A stretch of 64,000 bases of DNA from Cetorhinus maximus (taxonomy: Eukaryota), in contig NC_135902.1 of NCBI RefSeq assembly GCF_964194155.1, positions 53,382,001 through 53,446,000 of the forward strand. Reading direction: 5' to 3'. A program made the position numbers and the translations under genes. The notes beneath the pieces were generated by a model that was not told the DNA's origin, did no database searches, and worked only from the letters and a program-made list of their open reading frames with translations. Below are positions 51,274 through 62,920 of the stretch, piece after piece; within the stretch, counting starts at the first letter, position 1, and the number at the start of each line of letters is the position of its first letter.

Positions 51274-51834
51274 GGGCTGAATTTTATCAGCCTCCTGGAG
51301 ATAAGCTGGGAAGTGGAAGAGACCTTAAAATGACTGTGGAAAGCATTGGGAGGGAAGCCTTATGTGTTCCCACTGCTGCTGTATATTATCAAAGGGGAAA
51401 TGGCAGTGGCTTGTCATGGCCAATTCAGCTAATTAATTGACCTTTTGACGATCATTTTACAGCCCCGCTGGCATTTGACTGGAATGGGAACAGTTCCCTG
51501 TTTTGAGGCAAGTCTGCCTGGCCCCAGGACAAAACTGCTTTTTCTGCTGGCCCTCCAAGAGCCATTCAATGTTGAGGTGCTCTCTCTGTCTTCTGTAGTC
51601 TCAGTAGCAGCCACCTCTATCGATGGCGCTGCTGAGCTGCCATTCCTCTGATTGGGCTGGCAGCTCAGAAAGACAGGCTGTCATCCTTAATGGGACCACG
51701 GTCCCCGTGGCAATCTCTTAATTGGACACTACTTGTAACATCTCTTCTGATGCCCCACCTTTCGCCTGCCCAGGTTCGGGACCTGCTTTTGGTCCCAATG
51801 GCAAAACCTATGGTGTGCTGGTAAAATTCCAACC
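51274..51834. mobile_element. Non-autonomous PIF/Harbinger-like MITE
   Basis: TIRs gggctgaattttatcagc and gctggtaaaattccaacc (14/18); 3-bp TSD aga/aga. Confidence 0.7.
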
Positions 51835-53134
51835 AGAGTGTAAAATTTATGTGATTGTTTTTGCTGGGAGAGATAGGAAAAAGGAGGTGAAGTCTTAATT
51901 CACATTGTTAGGAGATTAGATTAATGAACCCTGGACTGAGATGCTTGCTGAATGTTTAGAAATTTGGATTGATGTTGTAGCTCGGTGCAGTAGGACAGTG
52001 GATTGATATGGTAGCCCATTGCAATGGATTGGTAATAGGATGCAAGGTTTATTTGCAATTTTGTATGTAGCATAATCCCAGACATTCGGGAAATGCAGAT
52101 TGGGGAAGTCCCCTTCTTCACCCCATCATCATGCTCCTGTTAATCCTGGTGGCTAGCTTGACTGGGAGTCTGAAAACAGTGAATTTCCTTGGTTTTCATG
52201 TACAATGTAGAAGTAGAGGGTGAAAGAATATGTTTTATTTAAACCTATATATGCCAGTGACTATGGTGAATGGACTGGCAGGTTTTATTACGATATAGGT
52301 GCCCTCAGAGCCCTGTGGTCATCTACGGTTTGTTAACCAGGCGTCTGTTTTCATAGCCCAGTATAAAATGTGTTGGGTTGTTTATGAAGTGAAACTTGCA
52401 TAAGTGCTAGTTCTGGGATGTGTATCATTTGGTGATCCAGAATATTTTTATGGTTTGAAAATATGTATGTTGTTATCTAGCAATACCAATGAACTAATCC
52501 TGGCTACTCCATCACCAGTAACTATCTGCCCTCCTAATGCAGTTAATAAATAGATGGCGTGCCCTGCTTCTACAAAGAAGTTAAAACCACAGTGTGCACT
52601 GCCAGATGTGAGAATAGGTGAATACGTTACTTAATGCGCATTATCTTTTGAAATTATATGATTCACCACCAACACAACATGCTGTCAGATGTTGGCTTCC
52701 TTGATTTAGTGAAGTTAGAACTTGTGCAGTTTATAAAAAGCAATGTTGACATTGAGTTACATATGAGCCATAGGGTAGCAGATGTTGGTGAACTGCCAGG
52801 TTTTCCCTGGTGTCTACTGCGTATGTACAGGATCTGACACTGCGGTGCACATAAACTGTATAATACCAGATGGGAGTGAATTGTTAGGTATTGTCTAGGG
52901 TGTTGGATACAGATAGCAAAGAAAAAAATGGTTTATCTCATCTTCTAAAGTGTAAGGGGTTTGGAAACAGGAGAGATGGCTTGGGGGTGGGCAACAGCTT
53001 GAGTGCAGTGGGATGGAACATTGGTTCAAGTTTTGACCCCCCTGTAGATCAGCTGAGTTCATCAGCAATAGTGTGTCACTTTGAGAGGGCATAAAGTGCA
53101 CACTAAGTGGTCCCTGACATGAAGACAAGCTCCT

Positions 53135-53840
53135 TTAAAGCTAAAGAAGTACTTTTGAGTGAGTAAGCTGTTGTAAATGTAAGAAACGCAGCAGCCAATT
53201 TGCACACAGCAAGGCTCCAAAACAGAAATAGACTAAATTGGAATAAACTGTTTCCATTGGCTGAAAGGTCGATAACCAGAGGGCACAAATTTAAAGTGAT
53301 TGGCAAAAAAAAAAAAGGCCACATAAAGAACAGCTTTATTACTCAACAAGTGGTTAAGACTGAGAATGCACTGCCTGCTAGGATGGTGGATGCAGATTCA
53401 ATAATAACTTTCAAAGAAAATGAAATAAATACTTGAAAGAGAAAAAAATGAGCAGATAGAAAGACTCAGGGAATGGGATGAACTTGATTGCTCTACGAAA
53501 GAGACAACACAGACTTCATGGCCTGGATGGCTCCCTCAGTGCTATGGCATTCTGTGACTCTCTTCAATGAGCAGATAATCTGTCCTACTGATGTTGGTTT
53601 AGGGATAAATATTGGTCAGGATACTGGAGAGAACTCCCCTGTTCTTCTTCAAATAGAACCTTGAGATCTTTTATGTCCACTGAGGGGAAGACTTGGTCTA
53701 ACACCTCATCTCAAAGATGGCACCTCTGACGTTGCAGCACTACATCAGTAGTGCACTTGGAGTGTCACCCTGGATTATGGGCTCAAGTCTCATTCTGACT
53801 CAGAGGTGACGGTGCTACCCACTGAGCCACAGCTGATACT
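53135..53840 (-). mobile_element. SacSINE1-like SINE split by a plus-strand CR1 3' fragment (about 53225-53560)
   Basis: SINE head 'ctgactcagaggtgacggtgctacccactgagccacagctga'; the insert encodes KLFPLAERSITRGHKFKV. Confidence 0.8.
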
Positions 53841-55576
53841 TAAATGTATAACATTTCAACACAGTGACCTTGGACGCTATTCACCCTCTCTCCTGGTCCC
53901 AGCTGATGTCTAGAGTGAGCAGCAGAAGACAAAAATAGTTGGCCCTCGATTTTGTTTTGTCACATTCTCAGCTGGAACAGCTGTATTTTCATTGAATTAT
54001 TGCGTGATGTGTATCCTTTTTTGGACTTCCATATGAAATTTATTTACAATTTGTATTGGAAATAAATTGGGCATGAAAGGCAGTATTTAAAGCAAAAGCT
54101 TTCCAGCTTATTAAAAACTCTGTAATTTGTGTGTCATTTGTACCGAATCAAATCTGCCCCCGACTCAATTTCAAACAAAATGCTTTGGACTTAATCCTGC
54201 ATCCTACGGGTTATTGCAGAAGTAGTGAAGCCTCTGGAAAGAAATTACTAATGCAGTGTGCAAATTAAGTTTTAAACATATGAAGAATAACATAAACGTT
54301 TCTGGTACATTAGCTTGAAACGGAGATGGTTTGACGGGACTGGGTCATACGTTTCCACTTGTGCGAGCACTCCCAAGCGAGCGGAAGAACACTGCGCTTT
54401 TCTGGTTTTACTGTAATATTGAGGAGATCAGGCGTAAAGCAGCGGTTTTTCTAATGAATTTGGTATAAACTGGCCTGGGGGAAAAGATTCATTTCAATTG
54501 AAACGTATTTTGTTTAATGAAATGATGTTTTTTTTAATTTTTTCTGATTATCGCAAGAACACTGTGGAGTATTTGCTGTTCCATGCACAATGTAATGTAG
54601 GATGACACTGCGAGCCAGAAGCTGGGTTGGATTTTGAAGTACTTGCTTCATGTTTCCACTCATCTGAGGACAAACTGTACATGATGGTAGAAAACTAGAA
54701 ATGTTCAGAAATTGTAGGACCCGAAACCCCCCTTTGCTAATTTGAAAGGTAACATATCACTACTTCCTGTTCCTGTTTAGTTTATGCTAAAATGTATAAT
54801 TTCAGGAAATTCAGCTCCTAAATGACATAGGTCTGAAAGTATTCCATGATATAAAAATTCTATGGATCTCCTGGAACACAACACAAGTTTTATTACTGTA
54901 TGAAAATTTTCACAGTACTGCTCCCACTCATCATGTTGCTGCTGCTATCCTGACACTGCAAAAATGGTGGTTTCCAAACCCATCCCATTCCCTCTTTGCT
55001 ATTGTTGAGAGTAGACATGAATGTAATAAAAGGTGGATAAGGTCTGGGGAACTATCAAGCTGTCAAGTAATTTAAATCCCCTGCTCTTTAAATTTGGAAA
55101 AAAGCCTGGTGTGTGTCTCAGTTGAAATAAACCCGTGCTTGCAACTTCAGTAGCTGTTTGTTGCCATAAGCCTGAGGGTTATCATTATAGTATTAGTACT
55201 GTTTGACTGCTTGCACAATCACTATCACAGTGGGGGGTCTTGTAAGTTCAGTTTGTTTGACAGTCCCAAGTGGTTTTAGAGGGATTAGATGTCTTTGAGG
55301 TGGGGCTATGAATACAAATGTTTGTTTACATAAGGGATTAAGTACATGAAGGGATTTAAATGTATTGAATGGGCTTTATCAACAAATGTTTTTTTAATAT
55401 AGTGAAATCTGTAGTAGATACTACTTTATTTTATTCCATCTCAGCATGGCTCCTAAGGTATGCCCATGGTGTATACTGGGTGAGTTAGCATGGAGGATGT
55501 AAGGCACTAAGTTGGCAAAGGGCACTATAAAAAGCCACGGGGATGAGTAGGGGGTCATGGGTAGGCATGAGTTGGC

Positions 55577-56323
55577 ATGTCCTCCTTCTTCCTTAACTGA
55601 GGTTTTCCACCCACGGTAGTTGACAGGGCCCTCAACCGTGTCCGGCCCATCTCCCGCGCATCCGCCCTCATGCCTTCTCCTCCCTCCCAGAAACATGATA
55701 GGGTCCCCCTTGTCCTCACTTATCACCCCACCAGCCTCCGCATTCAAAGGATCATCCTCCGCCATTTCCGCCAACTCCAGCATGATGCCACCACCAAACA
55801 CGTCTTCCCTTCACCCCCCCTGGCGGCATTCCGTAGGGATCATTCCCTCCATGACACCCTGGTCCACTCCTCCATCACCCCCTACTCCTCAACCCCCTCC
55901 TATGGCACCTCCCCATGCAAACGCAAGATATGCAACACCTGCCCCTTCACTTCCTCTCTCCTCACTGTCCAAGGGCCCAAACACTCCTTTCAAGTGAAGC
56001 AGCATTTCACTTGCATTTCCTTCAACTTAGTCTACTGCATTCGTTGCTCCCAATGCGGTTTCCTCTACATTGGAGAGACCAAACGCAGACTGGGTGACCG
56101 CTTTGCAGAACACCTTCGGTCTGTCCGCAAGCATCACCCAGACCTCCCTGTCGCTTGCCATTTTAACACTCCACCCTGCTCTCTTGCCCGCATGTCTGTC
56201 CTTGGCTTGCTGCATTGTTCCAATGAAGCTCAACGCAAACTGGAGGAACAGCACCTCATCTTCCGACTAGGCACTTTACAGTCTTCCGGACTGAATATTG
56301 AGTTCAACAATTTTAGATCTTAA
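55577..56323 (+). pseudogene. 5'-truncated Penelope ORF C-terminus (Cys linker plus GIY-YIG endonuclease)
   Basis: CKRKICNTC, NLVYCIRCSQCGFLYIGETKRRLGDRFAEH and GLNIEF. Confidence 0.92.
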
Positions 56324-56723
56324 ACTCCCTCCTCCATCCCCACCCCCTTTCCGTTTCTTCCCCCTCCTTTTTGTTTTTTCTAATAATTTATATAGAGTTT
56401 TCTTTTCCCACCTATTTCCATTATTTTTAATGTATTCCACCGATTATTTATCTATACCTTTTATGCCCTTTTAGTCTTATTTCACCCCACCCCCACTAGA
56501 GCTATCTGTACCTTGCTTGTCCTGCTATCCATTCTTAATTAGCACATTCTTTTAGATAATATCACCACCTTCAACACCTCTTTGTTCTTTTGTCTGTGAC
56601 ATCTTTTGGTTATCTCCTCCTATCACAGCTTGCTTGTCCCAACAACCACCACCCCCCTTCTCTCTTCACCTCCCTCCCCCAACTTAAATCAGCTTATATT
56701 TCACCCCTCTCCTATTTTTACTT

Positions 56724-56762
56724 AGTTCTGTTGAAGGGTCATGAGGACTCGAAACGACAACT
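56724..56762 (+). ncRNA. Hammerhead (subtype B) with mutated cleavage triplet
   Basis: AGTT-CTGTTGA-A-GGGTC-atgag-GACTC-GAAA-cg-AC-AACT; GUC changed to GAC. Confidence 0.62.
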
Positions 56763-56887
56763 GTACTCTTCGCCGATGCGGCCAGACCTGCTTTGTTTTT
56801 CCAGGTATTTTTTATTTTGGATTTCCAGCATCCGCTGTTTTCTGTTTTTATCTCTGTGTTTAATTGACTGCCACTTCTCTTCAAGAA

Positions 56888-59637
56888 ATGCCTACCTTGA
56901 AGAAGTTTTGTTTTACTCTCCGTCAGGATTTTCGTATCTCTCTTCTGCCTTGTTCACCTTCATTGCTTTCTATTTCTCTCCTGGTGTTTGACAAGGTGTT
57001 TACTAAAACCCGCTTTCACAGCCATATTTCCTTTCTCGGTGACTGTCTCCGTCTCCGACTTACCCCACGTGGATTTCAACTGAAATTCCATCCCTCATGT
57101 TTCGAACCCACCCAGGATTACAGGTATCTCCGGGACATACAACACTCCTCAGACTGCTGTTCCCGTCGCATTCTGAGATCCACACTCAGTGCCATGCGCT
57201 GCCATATGAACACATTCCACTTCTCCCTCCAGCAGCACCGCCGCACCCTTTTCCAAAGCTGCCCGTGCCCCCAGTTTCATTTTATTCTTCGTCTCATCCA
57301 ACACCTCAACAAGAAACTTTTTCTCTTTCTCTCAAGTGCTAAGGAACGCAAGCTCCAACAACTCATCGACACCAACACCCATCCAGGACCCTCCAACCCT
57401 GCCTGTCCATTTGTCCTCACCCCATCTTCCAATCCCAGCCCCGGCCGGGTATTCACTATACCTCCTGACCTTCCCCTCTCTGACGCTGAACGTTCAGTGC
57501 TCAGCAAAGGACTTAGTTTCATACCCTTACGCCCTCATCTCAATGAATTTCGGGCTCAGCACGATGCTGAACTCTTCTTCCGCTGCCTTCGTCTCCGAGC
57601 TCACTTCTTTGGGCAGGAGTCCTCTCCCCGTTCAACGGATCCTTTTACCCACCTCCAATATTCTCCCTCCACCTGGACCCCTCCCTCTGGATTCTTACCT
57701 TCTCTTGATCTTTTCATAGAGAACTGTTGGCGTGACATTAGTCGTCTCAATTTCTCTGCTCCTCTCACCCATTCTAACCTGTCTCTCTCTGAAATTACTG
57801 CACTCCGTTCTCTCAGGTCCAACCCTAACATTGTCATCAAACCCGCTGACAAGGGTGGTGCTGTTGTTGTCTGGCGCACTGACCTCTACCTCGCGGAGGC
57901 TGAGCGTCAACTCGCAGACACTTCCTCCTACCTCTCCCTGGACCATGACCCCACCACTGAACATCAAGCCATTTTTTCCAGGACTGTCACTGACCTCATC
58001 TCCTCTGGAGATCTTCCTTCCACAGCTTCCAACCTGATAGTCGCCCAACCTCGGACGGCCCGTTTCTACCTCCTACCCAAAATCCACAAACAGGACTGTC
58101 CTGGCAGACCGATCGTGTCCTACCCCTGCCCCACGGAACTCATTTCTTGCTATCTTAACTCCCTTCTCTCTCCCCTTGTCCAGTCCCTTCCCACCTACAT
58201 CCGTGATTCCTCTGACACCTTACGTCAGATCAACAAGTTCCAGTTCCCTGGCCCCAACCGCTTCCTCTTCACCAAGGATGTCCAATCTCTCTACACCTCC
58301 ATCCCCCACCAGGATGGCCTGAGGGCCCTTAGCTTCTTCCTTGAACAGAGGCCCGAACAATCCCCATCCACCACTACTCTCCTCCGTCTGGCTGAACTTG
58401 TTCTCACACTGAACAATTTCTCCTTTAACTCCTCTCACTTCCTCCAAATAAAAGGTGTGGCTATGGGTACCCGCATGGGCACCAGCTATGCCTGTCTCTT
58501 TATGGGGTATGTGGAACATTCCTTGTTCCAGTCCTACTTCGGCCCCCTCCCAAAACTCTTTCTCCGGTACATCGATGATTACTTCGTTGCTGCTTCATGC
58601 TCTCGTCGGGACCTGGAAAAATTTATTAATTTTGCTTCCGATCTCCACCCCTCCATCATTTTCACCTGGTCCATCTCTGACACTTCCCTTCCCTTCCTTG
58701 ACCTCTCTGTCTCAATTTCTGGTGATAGACTGTCCACCAATATCCATTACAAGCCTACCAACTCCCACAGCTACCTCGACTACAGCTCCTCACACCCCGC
58801 TTCCTGTAAGGACTCCATCCCATTCTCTCAGTTCCTTCACCTCTGTCGCATCTGTTCTGATGATGCTACCTTCAAAAACAGTTCCTCTGACATGTCCTCC
58901 TTCTTCCTTAACCGAGGTTTTCCACCCACGGTAGTTGACAGGGCCCTCAACCGTGTCCAGCCCATCTCCCGTGCATCCGCCCTCACGCCTTCTTCTCCCT
59001 CCCAGAAACATGATAGGGTCCCCCTTGTCCTCACTTATCATCCCACCAGCCTCCGCATTCAAAGGATCATCCTCCGCCATTTCCGCCAACTCCAGCATGA
59101 TACCACCACCAAACACATCTTCCCTTCACCCCCCCGACGGCATTCCGTAGGGATTGTTCCCTCCGTGACACCCTGGTCCACTCCTCCATCACCCCCTACT
59201 CCTCAACCCCCTCCTACGGCACCTCCCCATGCGAATGCAAGATATGCAACACCTGCCCCTTCACTTCCTCTCTCCTCACCGTCCAAGGGCCCAAACACTT
59301 CTTTCAAGTGAAGCAGCATTTCACTTGCATTTCCTTCAACTTAGTCTACTGCATTCGTTGCTCCCAATGTGGTTTCCTATACATTGGAGAGACGAAACGC
59401 AGACTGGGTGACCGCTTTGCAGAACACCTTCGGTCTGTCTGCAAGCATCACCCAGACCTCGCTGTCGCTTGCCATTTTAACACTCCACCCTGCTCTCTTG
59501 CCCACATGTCTGTCCTTGGCTTGCTGCATTGTTCCAGTGAAGCTCAACGCAAACTGGAGGAACAGCACCTCATCTTCCGACTAGGCACTTTACAGCCTTC
59601 CGGACTGAATATTGAGTTCAACAATTTTAGATCTTAA
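56888..59637 (+). CDS. Penelope-like polyprotein (RT plus GIY-YIG), one 1-nt frameshift near 59136
   Basis: ATG at 56888; IKPADKGG, FYLLPKIHK..PGRPIVS, DVQSLYTSIP, GVAMG, RYIDD, LPFLD; GIY-YIG lies in the shifted frame ending at 59637. Confidence 0.93.
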
Positions 59638-60035
59638 ACTCCCTCCTCCATCCCCACCCCCTTTCCGTTTCTTCCCCCTCCTTTTTGTTTTTTCCAATAA
59701 TTTATATAGATTTTTCTTTTCCCACCTATTTCCATTATTTTTAATGTATTCCACCGATCATTTATCTATACCTTTTATGCCCTTTTAGTCCTATTTCACC
59801 CCACCCCCACTGGAACTATCTGTACCTTGCTTGTCCTGCTATCCATTCTTAATTAGCACATTCTTTTAGATAATATCACCACCTTCAACACCTTTGTTCT
59901 TTTGTCTGTGACATCTTTTGGTTATCTCCTCCTATCACTGCTTGCTTGTCCCAACAACCACCCCCCCGCCCTTCTCTACCCCCGCCCCCCTCCCCTTAAA
60001 CCAGCTTATATTTCACCCCTCTCCTATTTTTACTT

Positions 60036-60074
60036 AGTTCTGTTGAAGGGTCATGAGGACTCGAAACGTCAACT
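60036..60074 (+). ncRNA. Minimal hammerhead ribozyme (subtype B), intact GUC
   Basis: AGTT-CTGTTGA-A-GGGTC-atgag-GACTC-GAAA-cg-TC-AACT. Confidence 0.75.
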
Positions 60075-60789
60075 GTGCTCCTCTCCACCGATGCTGCCAG
60101 ACCTGCTGAGTTTTTCCAGGTATTTTTTATCTTTTTTTATGAGTTGGCTCTAAGTTGGCCTGGGGGTATAAGGGCCCATGGGGTTGGGTTGAGGGACATA
60201 GGTTGGCATGGAGGGTATGAGGAGGGTGGGGGAAACGAGGTGGCATGAGTTGGCACAGATGGGGCATAGGGAGTATGTAGGAAGTGAGGGCTTTACTGTT
60301 TTTATTACAACTGGGATAAAGTCCCAGAGCACCAAGGTGGGCCTCGAAAACAGCACAAAACCGCACGCCTCAGCACTTGGCAACCTTTGTGGCTGCCCCC
60401 GAACTGTATTCAGGAACAGTGGGTCCGACTCCAGTTAGCACCTGTACCCCCCAGAATGAAAATCCAGCCAGTCAGGGAAGTTTCTCTCAAGTTTCTCTTG
60501 GAGTCGGGAAATTTCCTTACTCTGTGCACCCAGCCCGGGAGTGAGAATTTGAGCCCATATTTGGAACATTTAGAGAATATTTGCTGCCTACTTTGAAAGG
60601 GCTTTGATACATTTGAGAAGATTCTAGGATTTGTACTCAGTCCTGGGGAGAAAGTCACAGAACTGTACTTCCGTTTTTTAATAATAAAAAGGAGGGTGAG
60701 GAAGAAACTGAACCATATTTTTAACTTGATGAGAGCCATATCTGATATAAATGTAAGCAACTTACTTATAGAACTTATGAAGGACACAG

Positions 60790-61240
60790 ATTTGAATTTA
60801 ATAAACCTAATGTACAGCTAGAGGTTAGAAGATTTTACCCATTTTTTGCTGCATTCTACAATAATAGAACTATCCCCAAGCTTGTTGAATATCAATTCCT
60901 GTACAGAGGATCTACATAAATATCTGATTGGAGATAGTACTGAAGGCTACATAGGAATAAGTGTGGATTTAGCTGATAAATCCTTGGGACATAGTGGTTA
61001 TTGGGCTGCAGCTTGGGGTGGAATGATGAAAATATGAGGATGAATGAATGTTATGAAGTTTTGTCAGATGATTGTTGTCATACTCTGAGAGTACTTATGC
61101 AGAAATTTCCTCGGGGACATTACATGAATAAGGAAGTAGTGGGAGAGAGATTACACAACAGTGTACATTATACATGGTATGGGGATGAAGTGTCTTTGAT
61201 ATGCCAAATGGCCTCCTATTTCCATTCTTGGTTTCTTAAT
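60790..61240 (+). mobile_element. Old CR1-like fragment
   Basis: CR1-type 3' end 'ccaaatggcctcctatttccattcttggtttctta'. Confidence 0.45.
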
Positions 61241-62064
61241 TTAGAACATTTGTTATGGCGAAATTGCAACATTATTCATTCAGATCTTTCACAAGTGCTG
61301 CCTGCAGTCTTTTGAAGGCACTGATGAAGGCACTGCCTGAGGCCGGTGGAATAAGTGTCTTTCTTTAGCTCTGAATGCTGCTCAATACAACGTTATTTTA
61401 TCTTCACTCCTGTTGAGTTGTGCCTGTAAAACCCTGAAAAGCATTCCGTTTACTTGTGCTGAGCAATATTGATTGAACCTGTAACACTGGCAAGGTTGCA
61501 GGTGTATTGAAGGTGTTGCCTTAGGCCTCTGAGATTGTGTCCTCATCAACGTAGAAGCAAATTGAATGCACAGGTTGCTTTATATCCCAAAATAGTGCCA
61601 CATGCTGGGATTTTCAAATGCACCAGCAGACAGCATTTTAAAATTTATAAACTATTTAATAATTCCTGTAGTTATTTCTCATAATTAGAGTCCAACGTTT
61701 TTATTCCCGATTCATCAGATCTATGTGGCTTTTGTCAAATTCTGCTTCTTTGTTGGAGTGGGAAGGTGGAGGAATGGGTCTGGGGGGAAGTGAAGAAGTG
61801 AGACATGGAAACACCTGGAGGGCAAAATTGATTGACATAGAGGTACTCAGCAGCATGGTCCACTACCTCCGCATCATTCTTCAATGATGTCAATGAAGAA
61901 CACTGGGTCACACCTGTATGGCCAGTGGTGTTAGGGTTACATACAGGTCTGCCTATCGGCACAAATGGATTTCTCTCCCTAGATCTTCAATAGGATAAGC
62001 TTAATTGGATGTGGCACCAAAAATATTTTTTTGCTTTTATCAAGTTTAGAGTTCATTTCCCTCA

Positions 62065-62345
62065 ATGGTTCCAGTTTATCCAGTGGGTAAGTGATACTTT
62101 CAGAGCATTAAAGTTCCAGGTTCAATCTCAAGGCTGTGTTGAGTTAGTTGATTTGAGCTGAAAGGGCAGGTGGGCCCCAGCAATTACTCAGTGAGCCTGA
62201 TTTAGGTTGGAGATAAATTAGGCTGAATTCTTGGTCCTGATTGTTAGCCAGGAACACCTACTGGAAAGGAATGTTTGGATGCTGGATATGACCAGATCAG
62301 GCTTGCTGGGCATGGCCATGGGTGGGTTAATCAGTGCACTGACAT
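62065..62345 (+). mobile_element. Old SINE-like repeat (related copies near 1130-1300, 2280-2520 and 23015-24190)
   Basis: tRNA-like 'ccaggttcaatctc' followed by 'tgtgttgagttagttgat', shared with 23030-23062. Confidence 0.45.
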
Positions 62346-62920
62346 TTTGGGCCCAATATTCATTGTGTGGTGGAGGTGAGAATGGAGGAGGGGAGGCTCT
62401 CAATTTCATGCAGCTGGGCAGTGTGCCAGCTTCTTGGCGCAGCACCAATGCATGGCAATTTTCATATTGGTGTTGGAAAGCGGTACTCTGCAACCCAATC
62501 AATAAGGCAGGTGAGCAATTGATAATGCAATTGAGCTAGTTAATGGCCCATTGAGAGCCAGTTTACTATTTTGGAAAGGATGCATGGGAACAACTCCCAA
62601 TGTCTGTCAGGCAATACAGCAGGGAGCCAGTCGTGGCCAGGGGAGATAATCAAAGGCAACATAAAAGGTTCAGATAGGCCTTGTGCATTGGCCCATATTT
62701 GCCAATGTGTGGGTAGGGCTCCTGGAACATTTAGACTGTGAGCACTGGGGTAAATGAGGGGGGTAGTAGGTCAGCAGGGATCAAGGGGGCCAAAGGAGCA
62801 GGGGGTTCTGGCAGGCATTGACTGATTTGATGGCAAACAAGGTCAGATCTGGCAATGGGAATGAGCTACTCTGATATAGGAACAAATAGCAATGAGGAGC
62901 AGCATGCACTGCAGCAGATC

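Larger units (their letters stand above)
55577..60138 (+). mobile_element. Penelope-like retroelement (probably Neptune group) in partial tandem/pLTR arrangement
   Basis: About 1.24-kb direct repeats (55577-56815 and 58892-60130) flanking the ORF; 10-bp TSD atgagttggc at 55567-55576 and 60139-60148. Confidence 0.95.
55000..60556. mobile_element. TIR-family host element split by the Penelope element (host parts about 55000-55576 and 60139-60556)
   Basis: gttggcatgg-rich sequence continues across the insertion; TIR-like ends at 60457-60469 and 60543-60556. Confidence 0.5.

Noticed and set aside
56800-56830. Possible retained intron in the Penelope pLTR (ccagGTattt...tttccAG)
   Set aside because: Only about 24 nt, too short for a spliceosomal intron, and there is no other support
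57097-59584. Numerous alternative-frame and antisense ORFs in the Penelope element
   Set aside because: Shadow ORFs of a C-rich coding strand with no independent motifs
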